From a virus, in IMG/VR virus record IMGVR_UViG_3300034095_001343, positions 50,930-114,929 of that record: a stretch of DNA of 64,000 nt; one strand, 5' to 3'. A program made the position numbers and the translations under genes. Positions 51,072 through 61,242 of the stretch are shown here, piece by piece. The notes beneath the pieces are model-generated. The model was not told the origin of the DNA, made no database searches, and saw nothing but the letters and a program-made list of their open reading frames with translations. How positions within the stretch are numbered: position 1 is the first letter of the stretch; each line of letters opens with the position of its first letter.

Positions 51072-51087
51072 ATTTTTTATAATCTAA

Positions 51088-51103
51088 TGCCGGTTTCCCG
51101 GCA
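51088..51103 (-). other. GC-rich GNRA hairpin (UGCCGG-GAAA-CCGGCA) without U-tract
   Basis: Lies downstream of the 71-aa gene. May be an mRNA 3' stabiliser or a weak terminator. Confidence 0.5.
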
Positions 51104-51120
51104 AAAGTTTTTTGAGTTTA

Positions 51121-51336
51121 TTAAACTACCACAGTAATACTGTCTGTTGTTGTGTTAATATATAACTGTCCAACTTTAAGTCCAGCCGCTACTGCAGCTG
51201 CATTATTTACATATGCTCTCTTAGCCAAAGATCCCTCTAAAGCTTCAAGAAATGCCGGCTTTGCAAACAACTTCTCAATAGTAGAGTTTGTAAATTCACT
51301 GACATGTTTGAAAGGTGCTTTTTTATAAATTGACAT
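51121..51336 (-). CDS. Small putative head fibre/decoration protein (71 aa)
   Basis: YVNNAAAVAAGLKVGQLY resembles a motif found at phage fibre tips. Directly after MCP. Confidence 0.5.
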   Translation of the reverse strand: MSIYKKAPFKHVSEFTNSTIEKLFAKPAFLEALEGSLAKRAYVNNAAAVAAGLKVGQLYINTTTDSITVVV

Positions 51337-51364
51337 AATTTTTTTCTTTTATTTAGTTTAAGAT

Positions 51365-51402
51365 AAAAAAAGGGAGGAGGTATGACCAATCCTCCCCTTT
51401 TT
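51365..51402 (-). terminator. Rho-independent terminator after major capsid gene
   Basis: GGGAGGA...UCCUCCC stem followed by a U-tract. Confidence 0.85.
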
Positions 51403-51418
51403 AATTTTATCAATTTGA

Positions 51419-53038
51419 TTAGAATGATCCACCAGTTACAGGATTTCTCATTACAATCTTAAGAACTTTAGTTGGATCTTTTACCCAAATAGCTGGCATT
51501 GTTTGTGACATATACACACGGTAACCGTTAAACTGTCCAGAACTTGCAAAACCTTGAGTACGTCCCATATAATCCATAGTACCATTCTGATAGAACCACT
51601 TCAATTGGTTATCCCAGTTAAGCTTCAACAAGTAGATATTATCATTTCCGTTATCAGTAACATCAAAAATAATATAACTATAAGAACTCAAAGGACGACC
51701 ATCAATCAAAGGATTTTCAATGTCATTAGTATGAAGGTTATCAAACGCAGGGTTTAATACAAACTTCACATTAGCCAAGAAAGGAATAGTAAAGCTAGTA
51801 TATGCAAAACCAAAGTCAAGATCCATACCTTTTCCGGTTACAGCACCGATATCAGTAGCATTTTGAACTAAACCAGATCCGTATACCTCATTGGCAATTG
51901 CTCTGTTAATAAGTTGCATACCACCAATACCTGTTTGTACTACAAGCTTACGTTGAGGATCTGGACCTTTAAATTCAACTTTACCTTGATAGAAATTGTA
52001 AAGTTCAGATTTGAACATATCAAGATTAAAAGAAGATTTGTTGTAAACACGCTTGAATGAGTTATCAAGCTGACTCCACAAACCTACAGACAATCTGATA
52101 TCATCTGGACCATCTTGCTTAATTCTACCACCTTTACCCCACATTAAGTAAGTCTCAATGTCATTAGCAATTTTGCTCAAGTGAGCTGCTTCTAAATTAG
52201 TAAGAAATGTACGTGACAATTGACCACTTTCAAATGCTTGACGTGCACCTGCTTTACCCATAGATGCAACAAGTTGCTCAATAGAAGAAACTGAAGGATT
52301 ATTTACATCCTGATTAAAGTTTCTCCAAATCTCAGTAACGGGAACAGTACCGTCAGCATTCAAACCGCCTTTGATCATCAAATCAGCACGGCTAGAAATA
52401 GAATAGTGAACGTGAGCTTCAGCACCACCTACAAAGTTGTAAAATTCACGGAAGCCAGAACCAGTTTCCATATCAGAAAATCTTTCACCGTATTCACCAC
52501 GGGCAGAACCTTTACGGAAGAACTTAGTTCCAGGAGCAAGATACTTGTTATCAAGACTTGCAGCATTGTTGTTGTTCACTAGTTGCACAGTGTAAATGAA
52601 ACCATCACCAGCAGGAATAATATCAGCTGCTGTAACGTATAATTCCAAACCATTGTACTTGTCATAAGTGATAATATCACCATGACCGAAGGACCTCTTA
52701 GACAATTTAATTGAAAAGGTGGTACCGTCAATACCTTTTTCAGTATTAGTTGAATCTAAATCCAATACTATAAAAGGAAGGTCTTGAGCAATAGGCGTTT
52801 GCCATTTGTACTCACCTCTTGCATTGTCTACCATGATGGTATTTTTACCACCAAAGGAAGCCATTTGATACAGGGGCATTTCAACCTTTTGAGTCATTGC
52901 CCATAAATCTACCGGGCCCATATCCATAGGCTCGGCACTACCCAACATTTGAGTCAGGTGATAAGAATCTACATGAGAGCTAGCTTTGTAGTTAGTGTCT
53001 CTCAAAAAAATCCCATTGTTTAAAACTGGAGTTGCCAT
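51419..53038 (-). CDS. Major capsid protein (539 aa)
   Basis: Canonical terL-portal-scaffold-MCP order. Strong terminator. Sequence features of crAss-like HK97-fold MCP (EYKW, LMWGKGG, LNPAFD, IWVKDPTK). Confidence 0.88.
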   Translation of the reverse strand: MATPVLNNGIFLRDTNYKASSHVDSYHLTQMLGSAEPMDMGPVDLWAMTQKVEMPLYQMASFGGKNTIMVDNARGEYKWQTPIAQDLPFIVLDLDSTNTEKGIDGTTFSIKLSKRSFGHGDIITYDKYNGLELYVTAADIIPAGDGFIYTVQLVNNNNAASLDNKYLAPGTKFFRKGSARGEYGERFSDMETGSGFREFYNFVGGAEAHVHYSISSRADLMIKGGLNADGTVPVTEIWRNFNQDVNNPSVSSIEQLVASMGKAGARQAFESGQLSRTFLTNLEAAHLSKIANDIETYLMWGKGGRIKQDGPDDIRLSVGLWSQLDNSFKRVYNKSSFNLDMFKSELYNFYQGKVEFKGPDPQRKLVVQTGIGGMQLINRAIANEVYGSGLVQNATDIGAVTGKGMDLDFGFAYTSFTIPFLANVKFVLNPAFDNLHTNDIENPLIDGRPLSSYSYIIFDVTDNGNDNIYLLKLNWDNQLKWFYQNGTMDYMGRTQGFASSGQFNGYRVYMSQTMPAIWVKDPTKVLKIVMRNPVTGGSF

Positions 53039-53060
53039 AATTTATTGTGTTTAGTTGTTG

Positions 53061-54335
53061 TTAAAAGCGTTTAAATATATTGTTAGGTCTTTGCATTTTT
53101 CTTTTGTTAATATTTCTTTCAGTTTCCTCGGTTCTATCTACACCAAGTGAACTTCCTCCACTATTAGCTTGTTCAGTTTTTAGTTTTCTAACTGTAGCCT
53201 CAACAGATTTTTGAGATCCCTTTTCCATAATTCTTGATTTATATCCTTCAGGATCAGAAAGTAACCATAAAGCTTCTGAAATCAATGTATAATTAGGTTC
53301 TACAAACTGATACTTTTCTAATAAATGTCCAAGTAAGTTTGTATTTCTACCACTTACCGAAGGATAATTAGGCTGCACAAGACCATTATAAAGCATGTTC
53401 TGTGTTTTTTTATCAATTTTAAAATCACCTAATGCGCCATCTTTAAGTGTATCATATACATTTTGCATATATTGGTGTGATGCCTGCTCTTGTTGCTTTC
53501 TTCTCATTTCTTGTTCTTCCAGCTTTCTAGCAACAACAGATTCTTGCATCTTATCCAATTTTGGTTTAAACTTGTTTGCTTGTTGTTCAAGCTTTCCAAG
53601 GTCTTTCCAAACTTCAATTTCTTCTTCAATTTCTTCTATACTTCCGTAACCTGTAGCTCTCAAGTAATCACGAATAATTAATTCTTGATCTCTTTCATCT
53701 GTAACATCAAGATCTCTTGTTTCTTCAACTTGTGCTAAAGTTGAAAAAAGACTTTTTAAATCTGTACCACCATTAGCCACATAACGAGCAGCAATTTGAA
53801 GTTCTTGAGGCAATGAATCAAAAAATTGCTTAGGAGTCTCTCTTCGTACCTGATTAGCTTTTTCTTCTAAATTTGCTTCAATCAGTTCTTCCCAATCTTT
53901 AAGTGTATATTCTTCTAATGATTTATCATCTTCAAAAGGTACAATCTTATCTTCCTTAATAAGTTTTTGAAATACATCAGCAATACCGTCAATTTTTTTC
54001 CTACCTCTTGTCTCAATCTTTTCATCATCGTCTTCATTATCATTTGTATTAGACAATAAATTAAGAATATCATTTGATTCTTCAATTGTTAAATTCTTAT
54101 TTTGAGATTCTCCTTTAATTTCAGAATCTTCATCTTCATCTTTTGATGTTAAATCAGCAAATGAAAAATCTACATTTTTTTCTTTTGAAAAAATATTAAC
54201 TTTTTTAGAGTCTCCTGTTTTTTCATTAGAATTAGTTGGAATAGTAACGCTAGATGCTGAAACTGCTCCATCAAACAATTCATCCAGGTTAATATCCACC
54301 TGTTCTACTTTTGTTTCTACTGACTGTGTGTTCAT
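53061..54335 (-). CDS. Scaffold-like protein (424 aa)
   Basis: Very acidic N-terminus, coiled coil and basic C-tail. Located between portal and MCP. Confidence 0.65.
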   Translation of the reverse strand: MNTQSVETKVEQVDINLDELFDGAVSASSVTIPTNSNEKTGDSKKVNIFSKEKNVDFSFADLTSKDEDEDSEIKGESQNKNLTIEESNDILNLLSNTNDNEDDDEKIETRGRKKIDGIADVFQKLIKEDKIVPFEDDKSLEEYTLKDWEELIEANLEEKANQVRRETPKQFFDSLPQELQIAARYVANGGTDLKSLFSTLAQVEETRDLDVTDERDQELIIRDYLRATGYGSIEEIEEEIEVWKDLGKLEQQANKFKPKLDKMQESVVARKLEEQEMRRKQQEQASHQYMQNVYDTLKDGALGDFKIDKKTQNMLYNGLVQPNYPSVSGRNTNLLGHLLEKYQFVEPNYTLISEALWLLSDPEGYKSRIMEKGSQKSVEATVRKLKTEQANSGGSSLGVDRTEETERNINKRKMQRPNNIFKRF

Positions 54336-54470
54336 ATATTATTTTTTGTTGGTTTCTATATATACAATATAAAAAAATTATTTTACCTAAACCTATTATA
54401 TTTTAATAAACAACTACATTTTATGCAGTATATAGCTATTATAAAAATATTTTACTAGTTCAATCTAAAA

Positions 54471-57227
54471 TTATTTTTCTTTACTATTAGATTTTGCTTT
54501 AATGTCGTATTTATTTTTATTTTCTCTAGCAATTTCAAGTTGAGTATTAGCAACATCTCTTTGAGTTGTTAACCTATCTCTTTCAACATCTAACTTCTTT
54601 TGAACCATACTATTATTTATAGCTGATTGCTCTCTTTTAAAGTTTATTTGTTCTTGATATTGAGTTGACTCTTTAATATCTTTCATTGCATCTCTATAGT
54701 CAGACATCATGTTTTTATCAATATCTTGTGTTGCACCATAACCAGCTGCTCTAATTTCAGCTATAAGAAGTTCGTTTTGTCTATCCTTATTATTCTGATC
54801 TGCTTGAAATTGAAGTTTCATTTGTTCTTCTTGAGCTTTAGCTTGAAGAGCTTGTTCTTGCATTTGTCTTTGATTTTGAATTTCTTGTTCTCTTATAGCA
54901 TTTTGCTTTTGCTCTGAGCCTTTAAGAATAGTAGATACTTCAGCAATAGAATCTGCTTTAATAATACTACCAAGATCAAATATTGAAGATCCCATAGTAT
55001 TATTAGTAAGTGCTAATTGCTTTAACTGATCAAGAATAGCTCTATGATTAGTTTTAGTTGTAGCATAAATATTAAAATCTCTAAGTAAAAGTTCTGTTCC
55101 ATTAATGGTAAAATTTACTTTTTCTGCTTCAGATGTAATATAACTTAATCTTACACTTGGATTTCTGCTATGATAAAACTGCGATAAATCTGTTCTCATT
55201 TGATGAACTCTAGGCATTAAATGATCTGAATGCTGATTAAAATATATTTCAGTTTGTGCATAAGACTGATTCAAAGCTTGAGTAACACCGGTTGCTGTTT
55301 CTTGCGCTATAGGTGCTCCAAGTCTTTGTGGATTAATACCAATTGCATCAAAAGCTTGCTGTTTAAAATAATTAGAAAGTTGAATTCTTGACATCAATCT
55401 ATTAGTCTGTTCCATATTAAGAACTTGATAATGATTGAAATTAGTGGCGTTTTCAGTGTTTGTAATACTTGTATCTAAAGGTAACATCTGAAAATCTTTC
55501 ATTGCTACATATGCTTTTGCATAATTACCTTTACCCCAATCTTCACCCATTGAATGTCTCGGTAATGCATTTTGGTCAAACATAATTACTGTACCAAGTT
55601 CGTCTATAAGAATATCAGCAATCTGATTATTAACCATATTATAACCAACCTGATATGCTTTCATTAAGTCAACTAATGAAGTAGACCTTGTATTTCTATC
55701 AGAAAACACTCTTCCCTCTACAGGAAGTTTACAACCATATAAAGTCTGAGATCCTTTAAATTGAAATGGAATTCTTCCAGGTTTTGTTCTATTAATTCCT
55801 ATATAAATTGGATTAATATTATTACTAATATTTGATCTCCAAAAAGCAGGTAAGTTTGGGCCAACCTTAACTCCTCCCCATACTTCATTAATCCAAATCC
55901 AATCAATGTGTTCACCCTCAAGAAGTGTTTCTTTAGTTTTGTTTTTAAAAATAGATGTGTCATAAAGTGGTTTTTCTGTTATTTTAAATGTTTCATCTAC
56001 AATTTGCTGAATAATTTCCCCATCACTAGTAATCTTTACAAGATGCCCCACCTTTCTTTGTGTCTTCCAGTAAACTGTACAAACTCTCATTAGATAACTT
56101 TCACCCCAATTATGTACATCATCACTTTCATTGAGAATAGCACTAACAATATCACCACCTCTAGCAGGATCATTTGACCAATTGCTAACATATTGCCTAT
56201 ATGCTAAACCTGGCATATTAGTATTCCATTCATGAGATCTGCTTGGATCGTAATAAGAACCATCATTCTGATACCCGTTAACTTGATATAAAGCTGATTT
56301 AGCAGGATATATATTCTGTAAAGAATGAAGCTGTTCCTCATTCATTAAATAACCATATTTATCAATAACGTCAGCAACAGTCATAAGATCCAACTTACCT
56401 ACAAAATTACTTTCTGAGATATAGCGTGAATCTGGTGATTTGTGATAAAAAGTAAGAAGAGGATTCCATAATTCTACTTCATAATCATCTTCCATCATTC
56501 TAAAATGCCAAAACTCACGATCTGTGATAAGCATATCACGGAAAGCTCTTTCCTCTAGTTCTGCCATTTTAAATCTTTCTTCATCTACATTATACTGATG
56601 AGATGCCCATTCTTCTACTAAGGATCTATAATCCTTTCTAAAGAAGTCTTCAATTTCAGGTAATGATTTAATGTTTTCTGGAGCTAGTTGTTCCTGTGCT
56701 TCTGGACTATTTGGGTCCATACCCATTTCAATCATTCTAGCAATAAGTTTTGCTTCAGCGTCTGCAAGTAAATTTTGTTCTACTTGAATTCTTTTTTGCT
56801 CAAGCATTTCATTATATGATAAATCATCTACAGCTCTAAATTGAACTTTATTATATCTTTTTGAAAACTCACCACAAAGTACATTAATAACATTAGGAAC
56901 AATTGGATAAAACTTAAGCTCTAAAGCTGAGTTATCTTCTTTTGTTAAAATTTCAATAAGTTCTCTTTGATCATTATCATCAACGGCTATATAATCAGAT
57001 TTATCAATAATACCTTTTGCGAGTTTATAATTCTTAAGAAGTCTTCTAGCATTAAGTCTAAGAAACTCCATACCCTGAAGTTCTAACCAATCAATATTCC
57101 AACCACTCCAATCATCATCTTTTTCTTTTGATGAAAGAAACTGTATAGGTTGTGTTAGGCTTGAAGTAGTAGGATAACCTTCTCCTTTTGCACCTTTTTT
57201 TAAATCTAACGCATTATATACTTTCAT
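54471..57227 (-). CDS. Portal protein (918 aa)
   Basis: Follows TerL. FYPIVPNVINVLCGE and IGINPQRLG segments. Long C-terminal coiled coil (barrel), as in crAss-like portals. Confidence 0.88.
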   Translation of the reverse strand: MKVYNALDLKKGAKGEGYPTTSSLTQPIQFLSSKEKDDDWSGWNIDWLELQGMEFLRLNARRLLKNYKLAKGIIDKSDYIAVDDNDQRELIEILTKEDNSALELKFYPIVPNVINVLCGEFSKRYNKVQFRAVDDLSYNEMLEQKRIQVEQNLLADAEAKLIARMIEMGMDPNSPEAQEQLAPENIKSLPEIEDFFRKDYRSLVEEWASHQYNVDEERFKMAELEERAFRDMLITDREFWHFRMMEDDYEVELWNPLLTFYHKSPDSRYISESNFVGKLDLMTVADVIDKYGYLMNEEQLHSLQNIYPAKSALYQVNGYQNDGSYYDPSRSHEWNTNMPGLAYRQYVSNWSNDPARGGDIVSAILNESDDVHNWGESYLMRVCTVYWKTQRKVGHLVKITSDGEIIQQIVDETFKITEKPLYDTSIFKNKTKETLLEGEHIDWIWINEVWGGVKVGPNLPAFWRSNISNNINPIYIGINRTKPGRIPFQFKGSQTLYGCKLPVEGRVFSDRNTRSTSLVDLMKAYQVGYNMVNNQIADILIDELGTVIMFDQNALPRHSMGEDWGKGNYAKAYVAMKDFQMLPLDTSITNTENATNFNHYQVLNMEQTNRLMSRIQLSNYFKQQAFDAIGINPQRLGAPIAQETATGVTQALNQSYAQTEIYFNQHSDHLMPRVHQMRTDLSQFYHSRNPSVRLSYITSEAEKVNFTINGTELLLRDFNIYATTKTNHRAILDQLKQLALTNNTMGSSIFDLGSIIKADSIAEVSTILKGSEQKQNAIREQEIQNQRQMQEQALQAKAQEEQMKLQFQADQNNKDRQNELLIAEIRAAGYGATQDIDKNMMSDYRDAMKDIKESTQYQEQINFKREQSAINNSMVQKKLDVERDRLTTQRDVANTQLEIARENKNKYDIKAKSNSKEK

Positions 57228-59413
57228 TATCTAAAGTTTTTAAAAGCTGATCTTCCAGATTTACTTGAAGTCATAGCTTTATTACGTTCCAAGTTTTTAA
57301 ACGGACTATACTTTAATTTATACAAATTATTTTGATTTTGCAAATTCTTTGTTTCATCTTCCTCTTTTCTTTTACTAAAACCTCTATTTGACTGCTGAAT
57401 TTTAGCAAATGCAACCAAAGCTGAAAAAGCTACTAAACGGTCAACGTTAACTCCCGGTTGATAAGCTAACATTTCTTTTAATAACATTGGATCTGGAATT
57501 CTTTCTATACCTAATGTAGTGCTCATAATATTACCATGCTTGTCTAAGTCTGTGTCAATTTCTTCTCTTAAAAATTCAATAGCATAAGAAATCAAATGAT
57601 TTTTAAATAAAACACCTGTATTTTTCCAACCATATTCTTGGTACACTGATGCATTAGATCCTAAATCTTTTAAAAATAAAATCTGCTGCTTTGGTACAAG
57701 ATATCTTTGTTTTCTTTTAGATATCATATATTGAATAAATAAAGAAATATTATTCTCAACAACCGTCCAAGCATTATACCATTCAATAATTTTTTCTAAT
57801 TGCTCATGAGTCTTGTTGACATCATCATGTCTACCACACCAGGCAGCAACTATTTTATCTTTTTCTATAAAAATCTCATAGCCATCTGGAGTTTCTCTTG
57901 TTACTTCAGTAGCCGTCTTATAAACAAAAATACTACACAATGAATCAGAGGTAGTTGTTTTACCCTCTGAAACAGGGTCCACAGATGCATAGTACATTCC
58001 AAAGGATGGTTTCTTAACAGGTCTTTCCCATACAACAAGTACACCTGATTTATCTTGCATCTTCTTATCTACAGGAAATTGCAAAATAGGAAGTTTATTA
58101 CTTCTCTTTGCATCAACACCATCTGTTGTTCTATCCAATTCAATATGCTCAAAAGAATATTCTTTATCTTCAATTCTTTTAAGCTGCTTAGAAATAATAC
58201 CTTGAGGAAATATAGATTCCTTTCTATAAGCAAATGCTTCTGCTATATTAGTTGGTTTCTGAGAAATTCTAAGTTGATACTGCTCCGGATTTAATTCAGA
58301 TTTCCATTTTTCTCTTTCTTTATAAATTGCTTGTAAAGCATCTTCAACCAGAGAATTACCATATTCATCAATATACGGTGGCATTGACCATTGCTCAGGT
58401 ATAAATAAACTAGCAAATGCTATTGTACCATCTGGATCAATAAGATTTGTTTCCACTGCATATATATCATTATTGTTAGGATTAAGAACCATTTCCTTTA
58501 AAGGATTGCATTGTTCCAAATCACCAACAGATCCTGCAGCAATAAACATACCTGTAGTAACCATACCTGAAGACATAGCAGGTCTAAGATATTCATAAGT
58601 CTCCATCATCTTAGGAGCAATACCAGCTTCTTCATGAAAAAAATAAGTTGTTGGACCACCAACACCTGTTGTAGAACTTTTTTCAAATGAAGCACCTTGA
58701 ATCTTAGATTTTAAACCTTTAGCTGTTTTTCTATTACCTACTCTAACTTCAATCTGCTGTTGCCATAATAATACTTTTTCAGGATTACTTGGTCTATACC
58801 ATGCTGTATACTCATTTAAAAAATCTTTGTATTCGTCAAGAAATTTCCAAGATCCTTTGTCATTAATATAATCTTTTAGTGATGCTCCAATTTTACAAAC
58901 ACTACCTTCTTCAAACCAATAAGTATTTATCAACTTACCCATATGAAAATAAGAACTTGCAATCTGACGTTTTTTTAAAATAGCAGCATGCTTATAATTT
59001 AATTCAGCTAAAATTTCATAAAGTGCCATATGATATTGAGCATCTCTAACTTTAGCAAAACCATATTTCTTTTCTTCTTTATCATAGATAGGTAAGAAGT
59101 TAAGCCACATGTAGTAATCTCTAGTTAAATACCAAGTGTTGTTTTTATTTTTAAAAATTACACCTACTCTACATTTATTCTTCTGATCATTCCAGTATTC
59201 ATTAAAATCTTTTGATCTAAAAGGTGCAGAACAATAAAAACCATTTTGATTAAAATTTTTAGCCTGCTCATTAAAAATAAAAGCAGTTTCATCAAAATTA
59301 TATTGACCGGGTTCTTTAAATATGCTTAATAAAAAAGCAACAAACTCATCTTTTGAAATAAATTCGGTTGTAGTCCATTGACCATTTTCATATGTTGGTA
59401 TAATTCTACTCAT
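57227..59413 (-). CDS. terL: Terminase large subunit (728 aa)
   Basis: LKKRQIASS (Walker A-like), FFHEEAG (Walker B), ASVDPV RNase H-type nuclease motif, NVDRL. Confidence 0.9.
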   Translation of the reverse strand: MSRIIPTYENGQWTTTEFISKDEFVAFLLSIFKEPGQYNFDETAFIFNEQAKNFNQNGFYCSAPFRSKDFNEYWNDQKNKCRVGVIFKNKNNTWYLTRDYYMWLNFLPIYDKEEKKYGFAKVRDAQYHMALYEILAELNYKHAAILKKRQIASSYFHMGKLINTYWFEEGSVCKIGASLKDYINDKGSWKFLDEYKDFLNEYTAWYRPSNPEKVLLWQQQIEVRVGNRKTAKGLKSKIQGASFEKSSTTGVGGPTTYFFHEEAGIAPKMMETYEYLRPAMSSGMVTTGMFIAAGSVGDLEQCNPLKEMVLNPNNNDIYAVETNLIDPDGTIAFASLFIPEQWSMPPYIDEYGNSLVEDALQAIYKEREKWKSELNPEQYQLRISQKPTNIAEAFAYRKESIFPQGIISKQLKRIEDKEYSFEHIELDRTTDGVDAKRSNKLPILQFPVDKKMQDKSGVLVVWERPVKKPSFGMYYASVDPVSEGKTTTSDSLCSIFVYKTATEVTRETPDGYEIFIEKDKIVAAWCGRHDDVNKTHEQLEKIIEWYNAWTVVENNISLFIQYMISKRKQRYLVPKQQILFLKDLGSNASVYQEYGWKNTGVLFKNHLISYAIEFLREEIDTDLDKHGNIMSTTLGIERIPDPMLLKEMLAYQPGVNVDRLVAFSALVAFAKIQQSNRGFSKRKEEDETKNLQNQNNLYKLKYSPFKNLERNKAMTSSKSGRSAFKNFR

Positions 59414-59684
59414 TAATTATAGCAAGAATATCTCCTTGAGCAATAAGCAAATGCTTTTCACCATTATGTATCATTTCAACAGGAGTTGCATAATCAACAT
59501 ATTGAATTAAATCACCTACTTTTACTTCAGTAACTTCTTTACCAATACCTATAACATGTCCTTGATAAGCTTTACCTCTTAATGTTTCAGGAATTATAAT
59601 ACTAGTCCCTGGATAAAACTGATCCAAACTCTTCTCCAGTATCAGAACTCTTTTCCCCACTGGTGTAATCTTCAAATTTTTCAT
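59406..59684 (-). CDS. groES: Co-chaperonin GroES-like protein (92 aa)
   Basis: ITPVGKRVLI...SIIIPE...GHVIGIG...VKVGDLI...GDILAII matches the Cpn10 pattern. Confidence 0.88.
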   Translation of the reverse strand: MKNLKITPVGKRVLILEKSLDQFYPGTSIIIPETLRGKAYQGHVIGIGKEVTEVKVGDLIQYVDYATPVEMIHNGEKHLLIAQGDILAIINE

Positions 59685-59778
59685 TTTGTATATTTTTATA
59701 TTTATGTTTATTTATCTCATTAATCCATAAGCAATCATCCCAATAGCAAAATATCCACTCATTTTTTTTATCTTCCAT
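59602..59778 (-). CDS. Small unlisted ORF (58 aa, MEDKKNEWIFCYWDD...) overlapping groES start
   Basis: Manual translation. ATG lies 2 nt after the upstream stop and the ORF fills an otherwise empty gap. Confidence 0.4.
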   Translation of the reverse strand: MEDKKNEWIFCYWDDCLWINEINKHKYKNIQNEKFEDYTSGEKSSDTGEEFGSVLSRD

Positions 59779-59780
59779 AA

Positions 59781-60299
59781 TTATATTTGATCATAAGCCA
59801 AACCTTGTCCACCTCTAACATGACTTTCTTGTTCTTGTTTCATGTCATTAAAAGCACCTTTGTATGATTGTCTAATTTGTTCAAATTTAGCAGCAGCATT
59901 TACCATAGAATTTATGTTTCCATCTCTACCATGTTCAATAGCAGTTACTTCCATATATCTAGCTAATCTATCAAGCATTGATTTAATTCCTTTGTAAGCT
60001 CTGTAAGCAGGAGTTTCGTAAAGTCTATTGCATGTTTCAATAGCTTTAATAATCACTTCATCTTCAGGTGATTCTTGTAAACTTACTTCTTCAATAATTA
60101 AATCTTCTTTGTCTGATTCAGAAACATTAAAAAAAGGATTCATATCTGGATTAGGACAAGTCATATAAAAAATATACTGATATACAGACATATAAGTATC
60201 AGGATAATTATCCATTATTGCTTTTAATGAATACAATGAATAACAATGTTCTGTAGGTATAACTTTACCGTTTTGAATATCAAATAATCTTACTATCAT
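59781..60299 (-). CDS. Conserved hypothetical protein, candidate terminase small subunit (172 aa)
   Basis: Helical protein upstream of terL with C-terminal VRGG. Assignment from position only. Confidence 0.4.
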   Translation of the reverse strand: MIVRLFDIQNGKVIPTEHCYSLYSLKAIMDNYPDTYMSVYQYIFYMTCPNPDMNPFFNVSESDKEDLIIEEVSLQESPEDEVIIKAIETCNRLYETPAYRAYKGIKSMLDRLARYMEVTAIEHGRDGNINSMVNAAAKFEQIRQSYKGAFNDMKQEQESHVRGGQGLAYDQI

Positions 60300-61108
60300 T
60301 TTTTATTATCTTTTAACCACATTATTGTACTAATCACTTCATCATGTAAATACGGTACTTCATAAAATGTAATGTCTTCAATTACAGGTTCACCGTTTAC
60401 ATGTTCATTGATAGGATAACCATTTTCATCAACACCCAGTTGTACAAACTTTACATGTTGAATAACAAGCTTTCCGATCTTTAATCTAGGATTATGTTTT
60501 TTAATAATATACGCATAAATACTCAATTGTAAATTATAATGGTTTAAATTACAATCATCTAAATGCGAAACTGGGTGATACATCTTTTGAGTTATACCTT
60601 CCCAGTTTGTAAATCCTTTATCTTTAATTTCTTTATTGGTCTTGTAATCTGTAATGTTTAAAGTATTATTTACAACCTCTACTAAATCAGCTTGACCACA
60701 CAAACCAGCAGACTTTAAATATACTAAATGTTCTGGATAAATACCATCAGATAATCTTTGATCTGGTGCTAATTTTAAATCACCGTCAATAATAGGTCTA
60801 ATAATAGGTAGTTGTGAACCATCTCTTTCAATTGTTTCACACTCAAGCAAATCTGTTTCTCTTTGACCATGATACCAATTACCTAACTTGATAGCTCTAT
60901 CTGACTCTGATTCCCAAGCTTCAATAATTTGAACCGGAGTCATACCATACCACTTAGATTTTTTATTTTTTGATGCTTTTTTTGCAGTTTCTTTAGAATC
61001 AAACTTAGGTTTAAACATTCCAATAAAGGAAGTTACACTTAACCAATCTATTTTCTCATCACCTAAACTCTTGTATAAATGACCATCTTCTTTAAAATAT
61101 ATACTCAT
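60296..61108 (-). CDS. PD-(D/E)XK (Cas4/RecB-like) nuclease (270 aa)
   Basis: SVT, GNWYH, E...CGQADLV...DYKTNK, YNLQLSIY. Confidence 0.85.
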   Translation of the reverse strand: MSIYFKEDGHLYKSLGDEKIDWLSVTSFIGMFKPKFDSKETAKKASKNKKSKWYGMTPVQIIEAWESESDRAIKLGNWYHGQRETDLLECETIERDGSQLPIIRPIIDGDLKLAPDQRLSDGIYPEHLVYLKSAGLCGQADLVEVVNNTLNITDYKTNKEIKDKGFTNWEGITQKMYHPVSHLDDCNLNHYNLQLSIYAYIIKKHNPRLKIGKLVIQHVKFVQLGVDENGYPINEHVNGEPVIEDITFYEVPYLHDEVISTIMWLKDNKK

Positions 61109-61242
61109 ATGTATTTAAAGTTAATATTTTCATATGTTGTTGTAATCCAAAACATTAATAAATTTTCCGTTACAGTTACATTTTGTAAATACCCAACTTT
61201 CTCGTTCAAGGCTTTATCTTTGTTTTTATCTTCAATCTTCAT
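61105..61242 (-). CDS. Small unlisted ORF (45 aa, MKIEDKNKDK...)
   Basis: Manual translation. Overlaps the upstream stop and ends in an ATGA overlap with the nuclease start. Confidence 0.5.
   Translation of the reverse strand: MKIEDKNKDKALNEKVGYLQNVTVTENLLMFWITTTYENINFKYI

Noticed and set aside
51375-51395. UUGGU in the loop of the MCP terminator as a second antisense seed
   Set aside because: GGU can pair with ACC inside the same loop, extending the stem, and the match to the leaders is only 5 nt.
51419-59413. Introns or inteins in terL, portal, MCP (or vRNAP)
   Set aside because: Genes are contiguous and of expected size. No LAGLIDADG/HNH ORFs or intein C...HN-[CST] boundaries were seen.
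60296-61108. Cas4-like nuclease suggesting a CRISPR system
   Set aside because: No repeat-spacer array or other cas genes were seen. Stand-alone PD-(D/E)XK nucleases are common in these phages.
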